Positions 41,489 through 51,929 of a DNA stretch of 64,000 nucleotides are shown here, one piece after another. Where the stretch lies: contig CBDEFO010000008.1 in the NCBI GenBank assembly GCA_965237525.1, positions 64,001 through 128,000 of the forward strand. The letters run 5' to 3'. Position numbers and translations under genes: made by a program. This DNA comes from Candidatus Latescibacterota bacterium (GTDB lineage: Bacteria; Latescibacterota; CBDEFO01). Every line of letters begins with the position of its first letter. The stretch's first letter is position 1. Below the pieces are notes generated by a model. It was not told the origin of the DNA, searched no databases, and worked only from the letters and a program-made list of their open reading frames with translations.

Positions 41489-43009
41489 AAAGCCTTGTGA
41501 AAAACCCTTAGATTCAGAAAGTAGTATAGAACAAGCATTGATAAAGCAGCTCCGATGTATTATATTATGTTATTGATAATATTATACATGGAGGAAACAA
41601 TGACCCCACAAAAGCAGGAACAGACAAATCCGATGTTTCACTATTTTCAGATGGAGGATTTAGTTCCCGAGGATCATATCCTTCGTCAGATTGATGAGGC
41701 AGTTGATTTTTCATTTGTACGAGACGTTGTATCAGATTGTTATTGCCCTGACAATGGCAGACCCGGTATTGATCCTGAATTAGTTGTTCGAATGATCCTT
41801 ATTGGCTATCTGTATAATTTGAGTGAGAATCGGCTCTGTCAGGAAGTGGGGATGCATGCGGCATATCGGTTGTTTTGTCATCAGACATTTGATGATGCGG
41901 TTCTGGATAGGAGCACGATCAACAAGCTTCGCAATCACAAGTGGGCATCCAGTGGGTTGTTTGAACGGATAATGCGTCAGGTAGTCCAGTGTTGCATAGA
42001 TGTCGGTCTTGTGAGCGGTAAACACCTTAGTGTCGACGGCACTCAGATACAAGCTGATGCTTCAGTGAAAAGTATTGAGCCGATAGAACCCCCTGTTTCT
42101 CTTGATGATTATCTCAAGGGAATCGGTTTTGAAGGTGATAAGACAAAGGGTAGGTCCGGGCATCCTCAGGATAAAGACTTTCATGGTGAAAAGTGGACGA
42201 ACCAAACACACCGTTCGACTACAGACCCCGACGCGCGCTTATACAGCAAATCGAAGGGCAAAGGGGCTTTTCTCTCGTTTATGGGCCATGATCTGATCGA
42301 CACAAAAAGCAGAGTAACCCTTGAGACTCAGGGCACGCAGGCGACAGGGACAGCAGAGCCCGAAAGTGCCCTTAAGATGGTAGATGACCTTGAAACATAC
42401 ACCATGCCCAAAGACATTCAGACACTTAGTGCCGATACCGGTTACGGTTCTGGTAATTTTATCGCTGATGTACTTGACCGGGGAATCATACCCCATATTC
42501 CTCTGCGAGCCGATGAGAAGATTGAACCGATTCCTACATGGAAAAACAAGACAAATTCAGCACATATTCAGGCCGAACGGGATAGAAAAGTGTGAGAGGC
42601 GAAAGCCAGAAATCATGCACGGTCTATCTCATTAACAGCTGACTACAAACTCTCCCGGAGACTCCGTAAACGCAGTGAACATATCTTTGCTGAAGCCAGG
42701 CAACAACACGGTATGGGACGAGCCCGTTATAGAGGACCAGCCTCACTGAATGAACAGTTGAATCTTGTTGCAACAGTACAGAATCTCAAGAGGCTTGTAT
42801 CTTTCATAAGAAGGGGGAAAGCGTCTATGTGTGCCCTGCCTGTCAAAGACAGTGCATCCTGTTCTTCAAACAGCTCCTGTTCCTTGCTGACCAGAACTCT
42901 GATAAGACTATTTTGCTTATTCCACAGCAAAACGATACGATATGCTACTCTTTGACCCATAATCGGCGCTTCAGACGCTGCCTGGGACATAACTATTTCA
43001 CAAGGCTTC
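41489..43009 (+). mobile_element. IS1182-family insertion sequence, copy 1
   Basis: IRs AAGCCTTGTGAAA / TTTCACAAGGCTT; TA (or TAA) target duplication; DUF772 + DDE transposase. Confidence 0.92.
41600..42955 (+). pseudogene. IS1182 transposase with a nonsense mutation (TGA at 42593-42595)
   Basis: EDLVPEDHILR, GRPGIDP, VDGT, ADTGY. Copy 2 has CGA at this codon. Confidence 0.9.
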
Positions 43010-43122
43010 TAAGGCAGCAAGAACAAGGACGTTGGCTCGCCATATGAACTGCCGAATTCTTAGAATGTATTTGCCCATAATCCAAAGCACTAGTCGCACA
43101 CGGAGTGCACGTTGCACCACCT

Positions 43123-43689
43123 TCAGATAGCGACATTTCGATCGCTATAGAGTGGCTCTAATTTGCCGAGCGCAAGATATACAAGGATTCCTATAATAGC
43201 CCCCGTGCCGACGCTGGAGAGGAGGAACATAGGTAGAAGAAAGATGATCTTAACACTTTTTATTATAACCAGATATGCCAAAACAAGCTGGGCTATGTTG
43301 TGGCCTAAAGCACCGAATACGCTGACGCCTACTGGACTGAAATACCTTCCCAATCTTTTCCCAACAAGATTCATCGCCGTAAGGCTTACGATAGCTCCTC
43401 CCAGGCTGAGTATGAAAGTTGGACCCAAAAATGAGCCTGAAAAGAGCCCGCCGAAGAATATCCTGACCCCTGTGACCAAGGAGGCGTCCTTGATCCCGTA
43501 CATATAGAGACAGAGGAGCGTAGTTATATTTCCCAGTCCGAGCTTCATCCAGGGAAAGGGTCTGGGGACGTAGGCCTCAAAGACAAAGAGGATCAATCCT
43601 GCCGAGGACAGCAGGGCTATCCTGGTTATCCTCTCTGCAGACGATGCGGACACTACGGAGGATATGGCTACTTTGTGGTGCGGTTTCAC
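43123..43689 (-). CDS. Gx transporter family membrane protein
   Basis: PFPWMKLGLGN, SPVGVSVFGALGHNIAQL; GTG start overlaps the upstream TGA. Confidence 0.85.
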   Translation of the reverse strand: MKPHHKVAISSVVSASSAERITRIALLSSAGLILFVFEAYVPRPFPWMKLGLGNITTLLCLYMYGIKDASLVTGVRIFFGGLFSGSFLGPTFILSLGGAIVSLTAMNLVGKRLGRYFSPVGVSVFGALGHNIAQLVLAYLVIIKSVKIIFLLPMFLLSSVGTGAIIGILVYLALGKLEPLYSDRNVAI

Positions 43690-44066
43690 CTGGATATGGC
43701 GTCGGGCTCTTTCCATCCTTTTGCTGTCCCTTTGGATATTATCAAGACTATCTTGTTGGGGATGCAAGCTGCTATCTGTCCTCCTCTGTGTATCCATCCT
43801 GTACTGACGCATATCTTAAAAGGGCATGGAGAATCTATTACTTTCGCTCTCCCTCTTCCTACACTGACTCTAGTGTCCCCAAGGGGACCTGATATTGTAA
43901 GTGTGTTTTCATCTTTGAGAGGATATTCTCCGAAGAGGCGACCATCTCTCTGGACGATCAGCAAGTCTCCCTCTTCCATTAAGGCGGCAAGGACAGGTAC
44001 GCTGACCAGACCTGCAATTAACAGCGCCCCTATCAAGATCTTATCGGGGAGGGTGAGCATGCTCAT
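43686..44066 (-). CDS. NusG domain II (DUF1312-like) protein
   Basis: SPCPFKICVSTGWI, ACIPNKIV; typical partner of Gx transporter genes. Confidence 0.88.
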   Translation of the reverse strand: MSMLTLPDKILIGALLIAGLVSVPVLAALMEEGDLLIVQRDGRLFGEYPLKDENTLTISGPLGDTRVSVGRGRAKVIDSPCPFKICVSTGWIHRGGQIAACIPNKIVLIISKGTAKGWKEPDAISR

Positions 44067-44105
44067 CTTAATGGCACGACAAAAGTAAAGATGGACTCAT
44101 CGTGT

Positions 44106-45209
44106 CTATAGCAACGCTTCCAGGTCATGGCTTGCACCGAGGCTTAGTATCTGGCTGCGGGTTACGTCAGCCGCCTTCAAAGGGGAGATGATGTCCTTTG
44201 AAAGGTCAGGCACATACGTCTTGATGAATTTAAGGGATACATCAGGCTCAATAGTGTAAATGCCTGCTGCTGCTGGGATAAGTACGGTTTCGCCTTTTCT
44301 TATCCGTTGGGATCTGCCGCCGCCTTGGAAGTAGTCGTCAACGTATATGCGTCCGCTCCCTTCAAGTGCAGATAGAGCGTGAAAGGAGCGACTGTGTGTA
44401 TCCTCGATTATAAATTTGGCACAAGTGATCAGTTCGATGGCGAAATATCTGCAGGCGGCGATGTAACTTTTCCGGCATCCGTCTCTGTCAACAGTAGGGA
44501 ATGCTTTTAGAGGATCACCCATAAACTCGAAGTCTATCACATCTAAAGCCTCGGCGATATGCAGTTGTCTGGGCTTTCCGTTAAAGCCTGCCCTTCCCCA
44601 ATCGTAGAGGCGGTAGGTAACGTCGGAGGACTGCTGTGTTTCATAAACGATGATTCCGCCACCGATAGAGTGGACGCATCCGGGAGGGACGAAAAGTGCG
44701 TCTCCGGGTTTTACGCTTACCGTTTTGAGGCTATCCTCTATCTTTCCACTCTCTATCGCATGGACGAATTGTTCTCTTTCTACTCCACTTTTAAGTCCAT
44801 AGACGATCTGAGCTCCCCTTTGAGCGTGGATCACGTACCACATCTCGGTCTTTCCGAACTTACCTCGCTCGTTCTTTTGAGCATAACAATCGTCGGGATG
44901 GACCTGGACGGATAGCTTCTCTTCCGAGTCGAGGAATTTGATTAAAAGGGGAAAACCTTCACTTTTCTCAATATCGACCTGATATCCCAAAAGCTCCTTT
45001 GGAAATTTTCGACAGAGGGAATTAAGAGTCCAGCCCTTGTAGGGGCCATTTTCGACCCTGCTGACATCCTCTCCAAGGTCTGCTATCTCCCAGGATTCCC
45101 CTATCCTCTTGCGGCCCGGGAGCTTCTTGTCCAGAACTTTCGCAAGGTTTCTATTCCCCCATACAGCTTCCTTAAAGATGTCGTAGAATTTCAACGGATA
45201 GATATGCAT
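44106..45209 (-). CDS. manA: Type I mannose-6-phosphate isomerase
   Basis: GESWE, FPLLIKFLD, LSVQVHPDD, KTEMWY, QQSSDVTYRLYDW. Confidence 0.92.
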   Translation of the reverse strand: MHIYPLKFYDIFKEAVWGNRNLAKVLDKKLPGRKRIGESWEIADLGEDVSRVENGPYKGWTLNSLCRKFPKELLGYQVDIEKSEGFPLLIKFLDSEEKLSVQVHPDDCYAQKNERGKFGKTEMWYVIHAQRGAQIVYGLKSGVEREQFVHAIESGKIEDSLKTVSVKPGDALFVPPGCVHSIGGGIIVYETQQSSDVTYRLYDWGRAGFNGKPRQLHIAEALDVIDFEFMGDPLKAFPTVDRDGCRKSYIAACRYFAIELITCAKFIIEDTHSRSFHALSALEGSGRIYVDDYFQGGGRSQRIRKGETVLIPAAAGIYTIEPDVSLKFIKTYVPDLSKDIISPLKAADVTRSQILSLGASHDLEALL

Positions 45210-45253
45210 CTCCTCCCATCACCCCTCTCAAAGTAGAAAGGCAAAGGTGGAGG

Positions 45254-45643
45254 CTAACATGGGGTATCCCCTTCACCTTCGCCTTCCGTTTGTTCTGGAC
45301 TCTCTTCTCCATTGTCCTTTTCCTCATCCTCTCTCTCATCTTCGGTCTTTTCCTTTTTCAGCTTGTCCACTTCATCAACGTAGTTCATTCTGAGCTCAAA
45401 GAGGACGTGTTCTAAGAACTTTTTTTCCTTTTCGCTTAGGTTTCCTTCGGTCTTGACTTCGAGCATTCCGAGTATGTCTATAGAATTTTTGGCCTGTTCG
45501 AGGTCTTTTTCGATCTTGTTAGTTACGGGATTCATAAGTTTTCCCAGCTGCTGCATGGCTGCGCTTTGAAACATAGACACTAACTGAAAAAATAGGATTT
45601 CGTTCATCTGTTCTTCGGTAAGCGCCTCCCCATTTTGTGCCAC
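45254..45643 (-). CDS. DUF1844 domain protein
   Basis: LGKLMNP, AKNSIDILGMLEVKTEGNL, ELRMNYV. Confidence 0.88.
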   Translation of the reverse strand: MAQNGEALTEEQMNEILFFQLVSMFQSAAMQQLGKLMNPVTNKIEKDLEQAKNSIDILGMLEVKTEGNLSEKEKKFLEHVLFELRMNYVDEVDKLKKEKTEDEREDEEKDNGEESPEQTEGEGEGDTPC

Positions 45644-45678
45644 AGTCTGACCTCCTTAAGCGTCTGGTCCATCATATT

Positions 45679-45746
45679 GAGATTGCTTCGCTGACCCTTC
45701 GCTTCGCTCTGGGCTTCGGACGACATTCCCCGGGACGTCGGAATGG
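45679..45746. repeat. Composite of short palindromic repeat remnants
   Basis: GAGATTGCTTCG, CCCTTCGCTTCGCTCTGGG and CGAC...GTCG hairpin motifs in an intergenic region. Confidence 0.4.
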
Positions 45747-45958
45747 AAACCATAAGGATAAAAAGCACTACCCCAGCATAAGACCGAATAACTGTCTTTT
45801 CGAATATGGCGTTTTGTCTGTATCTTTCCGGCTCATCAGGCGTCTTCTCCTTCCAGCGAGGGAAAAGAATCTAATCCGTTTTATCTATAAGAGTCTATAG
45901 ACCAAATGAAAACTAAAAAAATCAACACCATATGTCAAGGAAATTCGTCTCCATATAT

Positions 45959-45988
45959 GTAGGGGCGAACCCACGTCTTCGCCCCTAC
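45959..45988. repeat. GTAG-type REP-like palindrome
   Basis: GTAGGGGCGAA-CCCACGTC-TTCGCCCCTAC. Confidence 0.8.
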
Positions 45989-46018
45989 AGTGGACAGTAG
46001 ACCCTGTCTAATATAGGG

Positions 46019-46056
46019 CAAAAAAATCCCCCAAGGACGACTCCTTGAGGGATTTT
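46019..46056 (-). terminator. Rho-independent terminator
   Basis: Minus strand: ATCCCTCAAGG-loop-CCTTGGGGGAT followed by a T run, just after the stop at 46079. Confidence 0.8.
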
Positions 46057-46078
46057 CGATCCATATCTTGGGACAGGA

Positions 46079-49000
46079 TCAGAAGAAATTAATGCCAAAG
46101 AGGTATCTGTGTCTATCAATCTCTATTAAATTGATAGGGGTTCCGTCAGTCTGTGAGATTACCCGCTTGGCTCTATCTATCCTGAGGGGGCGAGCTACCA
46201 TAAAGAAGGCTCTCAAGGGGAGCCTGTAGAAGGTGAACATCTGGATGTTGATCTCCAGGCCCACGTCTGTCAGGAAATCTTCTGATCTGATGCTGTCCAT
46301 AAGCTCATCAAACTTCTCAAAGTTCCACGAGGCTCCTGTGTCAAAGAAGAAAGTGGCATAGAGCTTATCAAAGTGCATATTCCAAAAGTGGGTCTTCATA
46401 TTCTGGAAGACGGGGAATGTGAAGGAGGCCCGTGTGAAGAAGTCCTGTGCACCTTCCAGAGTGAAGTAGGGATAGCCCCTCAGCGAGCCCCAACCGCCCA
46501 GGTAGAATCTCAAGGGCCAGAAGAAGACCCCCTCTAATCTATTTCCATCGTCAGGTGGCTGCTTAATTTCTTTGCCCCTGTATCTGATCCTGCTCCAAAG
46601 GGAGAACGTAGTCCTTCCCGGAAGTCCGATGCGTTCGTTCCAGCTTAAGATGTACTGGTTTATACCTAATTTCGTCTCATCGGATCCTAAGATGTCAACC
46701 GCCCTACCGTCAACTGAATTGAGCGTTATCAGCGAATCGGCCACGGTGGACTGCATCCTTGTATAACTGAGCTGAATTGACCTTCCTGTGGGGTTTATCA
46801 AGAAGTCCTTCTTGGGATTTCGCTTGAAATACCTCCAGGATACCGTGAAATCGTTGCTCTTGAAGTATGCTAAGTCCTCCTTGGCGCCGTAGATATTTAT
46901 ATCGTCGAAATTGATCGTAGTATCTACAGTGGACTCGGAGACCCCGAATAAATCCGCCATCTGATGCGTGAGGTCATGCCTTGCAGTAGCTGATAGGCGA
47001 CCAGTTATATTTTCAACCCTGCCGGCTGTGTCTGTGCGGAGGATATGCGGCTCGACTACACGGACAAAATCTACATCCCGGCGTCTTTCGCTAAATCTCC
47101 AGTTTGAGAACCCAACTGAGAGGGACTGCCTCCCGGTGATTCTGAAATCGGAACCTATAAAGAAGATTCTGTATTTATTCTTGAACGTGAAGTCACCCTG
47201 CAGTGGAGAAACGACGACTCCACTTGCATCAGGGATAAAAACAGAAGAGTCAGGATCGTCGGTGCCAATTGGGAAGGGCCAGGGGGAAACGCGAGCCAGC
47301 GTGTCCGGGGGAACGCTCGATTGGATTAGTCTGTTAAGGGTGAGGTGGCGGAAGAAAATGAAGGGGCTCGGATCGAACGCTTTACGTTCGGAACGGACTC
47401 GAGGGAGTCCCATACGATAGGAAATTCGGAAATCTGTGTTAATATCACTACCTTCTTGCAGGTTCTTGCCTACGGTAACCAGCCCCGATACGAAGTCCCT
47501 TCCGATGACGTCTCCCACACTTGCAAAAAGACCTCCGGTAAGCTGTCTCGGCGAAAAGTCACCGCCTATGAAGGGCTGACTTATGGTGAGGATAGGGACA
47601 AAATTGGACAGGAACAGGTCCCCTCTGTATTTTCCAATATTATACTCCTTGCTCAGTTTTTCTCCGTTGAATATACTCTGGTAGTCCCTATCGGCTACGT
47701 AGGATATGTCTGTTTCTTCTTCGTAGCCGTCTCTTTGCAGGCGATAGATGCTGTAGTCGGCAGCGTGGTATCCGGCATAGACTATTTCCACTCCATCGCC
47801 GGTAATGGAGGGACAGAAAGCCCCGCCGACCACGTTGGAGATCTTTTCGACCTCTCCGCTTTCCAGGGAGTATTCGTATATGTTGAAGGTGCCGTCCTGA
47901 TCCGAACTGTAGATGAGCCCGCTCCCGTCAGGCAGCCAGCAGGGATCTCTCTCGTCGGCTGTGCTGTTGATTATGGCCTCAAAGCCCGAGCTATCCGAAT
48001 ATGCCACGCTGTCGGGGAAGGATGTTCCGTCTTTTTTGGCCTCCTTTTTGGAGAACGTAGGGGCATCGGCATCTATGATAGCTATATCTCTGTCCTCACC
48101 TCTGAACACAGAAAAGGCGATCTTTTTTCCGTCGGGGGACCACTGCGGGCTGTAATACTGGGTCCCGTCGTTGTTGTGTGTGAGGAATTCTATGTTTTTG
48201 CCGTCTACATCCATCAAGCCGAGGTTGTTGGTGCCGTCCTTGTTGTTGACAAAGGCTATTTTCGACCCGTCGGGTGATATAGCGGGATATTTAGCTCTCA
48301 GTCTCGCGCTGATCCTCCTCTCCTCTTGCAGTTCAAGGTCGTAGATGAAGATGTCGTGGTAGCCGCTGTTTTTCAGTCTCGTATAGATGAGCTTTACCCC
48401 ATCGGGGGACCAGGAAAATCCGCCGTTGACGCGCTTGTCCATTATAACCTTGTCTTTTCCGGTCTCTAAATCGAACACTTTAAGCTTGAGAATGCGGAAG
48501 TCCTCTCCTTCGTTGGAAAGGTAAGCTATTTTGTTAGAGTCGGGTGAATATTTGGGAAAATAGTCGAGGTATCCGCCGTCAATGATCTTTTCGCCCTCTC
48601 TTTCGGAGGTCTGCACCTTTCGTGCAAGCTCGCCGTATTTCTTCTCCAGACTCCTCTTCCAATCTCTATAGAGGTCGCCGGGAGACATTCCTGTAACCTT
48701 CCTTATGGATGAGTTGAAGTTCAAAATCCCGACGTTCTCCACAAGCTCCTCCACCTTCCCCTCTCCGAATCTTGCGTGTATATAAAGCAGAAAGGAGTAA
48801 CCCTGGTTATAGATCATCTCCCAGTGCAATCCATCTTTGTACAAGACCCCCATCTCGTCGTAGGAGAGGAGATCGTCCTCCAGCGTTGCCATCCTCAGGA
48901 GCATATCTCTGTGTGTGTCCCAGGAGTCGTAGCCAATCTTGTAGTCTTCAAACTGGGCTATGCCCTCCACTAACCAGCCCGGGGTCGCCAGATGATATAT

Positions 49001-49492
49001 AGGAAGGCTCAGATTAACGTCTGGATTCTTGTCGGATATTTGCCACCGAAGAAGTGCAAATCTAAAGGGCCAGCTCTTCCTGGCTTTTCTCAAAGATAGG
49101 ATGTGGGCAAGTTCGTGTGTCAGCACGTGCCTTATCCACCTGTGGGTCCCTCTCAGCTCGATGTCCATACCTGTCGCCCAGATCCCTATGACGCCGGCGT
49201 TGTAGTCCGCATACCCGTTTGAATTGTCGGTATTGTCCATTATGAGGATGTAGATGCGGCTGGAAAAGTCGTCGTAGAAGTTAAAGGCGCTCGCCATAGG
49301 CTCGAAGACCTCTTCAGCTACCTCTGCGACTCTCCTTGCCGTGCCCTCTGTGCCGGTCCTGTAGAGTATTCGGAAGTGGTCTGTCTCTATCTGGTTGAGC
49401 TGAGCTTCCGAGGGGGTATATAGGGACGCTATTACCAGAACAGCTAAGAATATCCCCCCTAAGGACTTTAATATGGAACGGCAAATTGGCAT
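46079..49492 (-). CDS. Large exported protein: zinc-peptidase-like domain + TolB-like (PD40) propellers + probable Omp85-like C-terminal barrel
   Basis: Signal peptide, HELAH and WLVEGIAQ, many SPDG repeats, LGGWGSLRGY, FFDTG, C-terminal Phe. Confidence 0.82.
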   Translation of the reverse strand: MPICRSILKSLGGIFLAVLVIASLYTPSEAQLNQIETDHFRILYRTGTEGTARRVAEVAEEVFEPMASAFNFYDDFSSRIYILIMDNTDNSNGYADYNAGVIGIWATGMDIELRGTHRWIRHVLTHELAHILSLRKARKSWPFRFALLRWQISDKNPDVNLSLPIYHLATPGWLVEGIAQFEDYKIGYDSWDTHRDMLLRMATLEDDLLSYDEMGVLYKDGLHWEMIYNQGYSFLLYIHARFGEGKVEELVENVGILNFNSSIRKVTGMSPGDLYRDWKRSLEKKYGELARKVQTSEREGEKIIDGGYLDYFPKYSPDSNKIAYLSNEGEDFRILKLKVFDLETGKDKVIMDKRVNGGFSWSPDGVKLIYTRLKNSGYHDIFIYDLELQEERRISARLRAKYPAISPDGSKIAFVNNKDGTNNLGLMDVDGKNIEFLTHNNDGTQYYSPQWSPDGKKIAFSVFRGEDRDIAIIDADAPTFSKKEAKKDGTSFPDSVAYSDSSGFEAIINSTADERDPCWLPDGSGLIYSSDQDGTFNIYEYSLESGEVEKISNVVGGAFCPSITGDGVEIVYAGYHAADYSIYRLQRDGYEEETDISYVADRDYQSIFNGEKLSKEYNIGKYRGDLFLSNFVPILTISQPFIGGDFSPRQLTGGLFASVGDVIGRDFVSGLVTVGKNLQEGSDINTDFRISYRMGLPRVRSERKAFDPSPFIFFRHLTLNRLIQSSVPPDTLARVSPWPFPIGTDDPDSSVFIPDASGVVVSPLQGDFTFKNKYRIFFIGSDFRITGRQSLSVGFSNWRFSERRRDVDFVRVVEPHILRTDTAGRVENITGRLSATARHDLTHQMADLFGVSESTVDTTINFDDINIYGAKEDLAYFKSNDFTVSWRYFKRNPKKDFLINPTGRSIQLSYTRMQSTVADSLITLNSVDGRAVDILGSDETKLGINQYILSWNERIGLPGRTTFSLWSRIRYRGKEIKQPPDDGNRLEGVFFWPLRFYLGGWGSLRGYPYFTLEGAQDFFTRASFTFPVFQNMKTHFWNMHFDKLYATFFFDTGASWNFEKFDELMDSIRSEDFLTDVGLEINIQMFTFYRLPLRAFFMVARPLRIDRAKRVISQTDGTPINLIEIDRHRYLFGINFF

Positions 49493-49679
49493 TTTTGCAT
49501 CTCCTTTTGGTTGTCTTTATGAAGCTGGCCCCAGCAGGGCAGTTTTGAGGTACTACATAATGTGTAATGACACCTAAGTGGTTTGTAAGTTCCCAAAATT
49601 GGTCTGTCTACTGTCTGTAGAGATTCAGTAAGGGCTTTCCCCAAGTGTGGTGGGTCAGGCATTTCCCCTCGATTCAATC

Positions 49680-49698
49680 CCCGATTGAATCTATCGGG
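49680..49698. repeat. 19-bp palindromic element, copy 7
   Basis: TC|CCCGATTGAATCTATCGGG|GA. Confidence 0.95.
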
Positions 49699-49774
49699 GA
49701 GGGCTGACGAAGTAATCTCAACTGTCTACTGTACAGACAAGAATGTCTGTTATACTGTCTGTCTTGAGTCAGTT

Positions 49775-50761
49775 TCACATAGCGTTTTCCCCTCTCCTTA
49801 TGCAGGAGACAAGATGTCCATCCCCTATGTCCTTTAATTGGGGCACTATAGTTTTGCATTGCTCTATCCTTTCGGGACATCTTGGATGGAAAGGGCATCC
49901 TGAGGGTATGGCAGCAGGGCTCGGGACGTCTCCTGTAAGGACTGTCCTGTCTTTTTTCTTCTTCGGAACTGGTTCGGGGATTGCGGACATCAGGGCTTGT
50001 GTATAGGGATGTTGTGGCGATGCGTAGAGGGCTTTGCGGTCTGCCATTTCCACGATGCGCCCAAGATACATCACGGCTACTTTAGCGGATATGTGTTCTA
50101 CTACGCTTAAGTTGTGCGCTATGAAAAGATAGGTCAGGTTAAATTGGTCCTGGAGATCCTGCAGAAGGTTGAGTATCTGAGCCTGGATTGAGACGTCGAG
50201 GGCGGAGACCGGTTCGTCCGCGACGATGAAGTCGGGATTTACAGCTAAGGCTCTGGCTATTCCTATCCTCTGTCTCTGTCCACCGCTGAATTCGTGGGGG
50301 TAACGCCGTATATGGTCGGGCGAAAGGCCTACAACCCTCAGCAGTTCGGCTATTCGGTCCTTTATCCCATCCTTGGGGACAAGCTTGTGTATCTTTATGG
50401 CTTCCTTCAACATACCTCCCACGGTCATTCTGGGATTAAGGGAACTGTACGGGTCCTGGAAGATTATCTGCATTCTGCGACGAATCGCTCTTATTTGTTT
50501 TTTCTCAAGGGAAAATATGTCTAGCCCGTCGAAGGTGACTTTTCCCCCGGTGGGGTCTATGAGTCTGAGGATGAGTCTCCCCGTCGTAGTCTTACCGCAG
50601 CCGCTTTCGCCTACAAGTCCTAATGTCTCCCCCTTTCTAATTGAGAGGGATACTCCGTCTACGGCTTTGACGTGGCCGATAGTTCTGGAAAAAACCCCTT
50701 TTTTTATGGGGAAATATTTCCTAAGGTCTCTGACCTCTAATATCGTGTGGTTCTTTGTCAT
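49775..50761 (-). CDS. Oligopeptide/dipeptide ABC transporter ATPase (OppF/DppF-like)
   Basis: [35 protein letters not shown]. Confidence 0.95.
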   Translation of the reverse strand: MTKNHTILEVRDLRKYFPIKKGVFSRTIGHVKAVDGVSLSIRKGETLGLVGESGCGKTTTGRLILRLIDPTGGKVTFDGLDIFSLEKKQIRAIRRRMQIIFQDPYSSLNPRMTVGGMLKEAIKIHKLVPKDGIKDRIAELLRVVGLSPDHIRRYPHEFSGGQRQRIGIARALAVNPDFIVADEPVSALDVSIQAQILNLLQDLQDQFNLTYLFIAHNLSVVEHISAKVAVMYLGRIVEMADRKALYASPQHPYTQALMSAIPEPVPKKKKDRTVLTGDVPSPAAIPSGCPFHPRCPERIEQCKTIVPQLKDIGDGHLVSCIRRGENAM

Positions 50762-50847
50762 AGCTGTCGCATATGAGAAGTAGGGGCTAACATATGAGTG
50801 GTGAGTCAGACATTCATGCCCGAGACGCCCGATCTATCCCTATTTCC

Positions 50848-50874
50848 AGGTCAGGCCCGCGGGTCTGACCCTAC
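50848..50874. repeat. GTAG-type REP-like palindrome
   Basis: GGTCAGGCCCGCGGGTCTGACCCTAC (GTAG on the minus strand). Confidence 0.65.
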
Positions 50875-50905
50875 TGCTTTTCCCCCTCTACCGCCGATCC
50901 CCACC

Positions 50906-50924
50906 CCCGATTGAATCTATCGGG
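50906..50924. repeat. 19-bp palindromic element, copy 8
   Basis: CC|CCCGATTGAATCTATCGGG|GG. Confidence 0.95.
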
Positions 50925-51924
50925 GGTTACTGGCTACTTGTTTGAGGTTGTCCACTTCCTCTATTTTCCAACACGCCGCGCTGTGGTTTTCTCCGATCTT
51001 AAAGAGCGGTGGTTCTTCCACTTTGCACCTTTCGTCTGCCAAACTGCATCTGGGGTTAAACCTGCATCCGGACGGGAAGTCAGCCGCGTCAGGCACGCTG
51101 CCGGGGATAACTAAAAGCCGTTCTTTCTCCTCGCCAAGTTTGGGGATGGATTCCAAAAGTCCTATGGTGTAAGGGTGCTTTGGATCGTTGAATACTCCTT
51201 CGACATCTGTGTATTCGACGATCTTTCCGGCGTACATGACGGCGACTCTGTCTGCAACTTCCGCTATTACTCCAAGGTCGTGCGTGATTATCAATATAGC
51301 CATGTGGAATTCTGCTTGAAGTCGTTCAAGGAGTTCTAATATCTGGGCTTGAATCGTCACGTCCAAGGCTGTTGTGGGTTCGTCCGCGATCAGAAGTCCG
51401 GGGTTGCAGGAGAGCGCCATGGCTATCATGATCCTCTGTCTCATTCCTCCCGAAAGTTGATGGGGATATTCGTCCACTCTCTGTTGGGGGGCAGAAATAC
51501 CCACCATTTTTAACATTTCTATGCTCTTTTCCCTGGCTCCTTTCTTACTGAGCCCCTGATGGAGGATGATGGCCTCTGCTATCTGGTTTCCGCAGGTGAA
51601 AACAGGATTAAGAGATGTCATGGGTTCTTGAAATATCATCGAGATGTCGTTCCCTCTGACTTTTCTCATTTCGGATTCGCTGATCCCCAGTAAGTCTCTG
51701 TCTTTGAAGATGACCTCACCTCCCTCAATTCTTCCAGGGGGATCGGGAATGAGCCTCATTATGGAAAGAGATGTCACGCTCTTCCCGCAGCCCGACTCTC
51801 CAACTAAGCCTAGAGTCTCTCCCTTTGCTATTTCGAAGCTGACTCCATCCACGGCTTTAGCCACTCCGTCATCCGTATGGAAGTAGGTCTTTAAATCTTT
51901 TAACTGTAAGAGTGAGTCATTCAT
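50917..51924 (-). CDS. Oligopeptide/dipeptide ABC transporter ATPase (OppD/DppD-like)
   Basis: [27 protein letters not shown]; start MNDSLL; stop lies inside the 19-bp element. Confidence 0.95.
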   Translation of the reverse strand: MNDSLLQLKDLKTYFHTDDGVAKAVDGVSFEIAKGETLGLVGESGCGKSVTSLSIMRLIPDPPGRIEGGEVIFKDRDLLGISESEMRKVRGNDISMIFQEPMTSLNPVFTCGNQIAEAIILHQGLSKKGAREKSIEMLKMVGISAPQQRVDEYPHQLSGGMRQRIMIAMALSCNPGLLIADEPTTALDVTIQAQILELLERLQAEFHMAILIITHDLGVIAEVADRVAVMYAGKIVEYTDVEGVFNDPKHPYTIGLLESIPKLGEEKERLLVIPGSVPDAADFPSGCRFNPRCSLADERCKVEEPPLFKIGENHSAACWKIEEVDNLKQVASNPR

Positions 51925-51929
51925 TGCAT

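Larger units (their letters stand above)
40383..43078 (-). pseudogene. Potassium channel (2-TM pore + RCK/TrkA domains) interrupted by an IS1182-family element after codon 23
   Basis: TMTTVGYGD filter. The N-terminus MGKYILRIRQFIWRANVLVLAAL (43078-43010) joins MLTVMFLG (41486) in frame across the IS. Confidence 0.92.

Noticed and set aside
47345..48277. 310-aa plus-strand ORF and similar overlapping ORFs in the track
   Set aside because: Antisense or alternate-frame shadows of well-supported genes, with no recognisable motifs.
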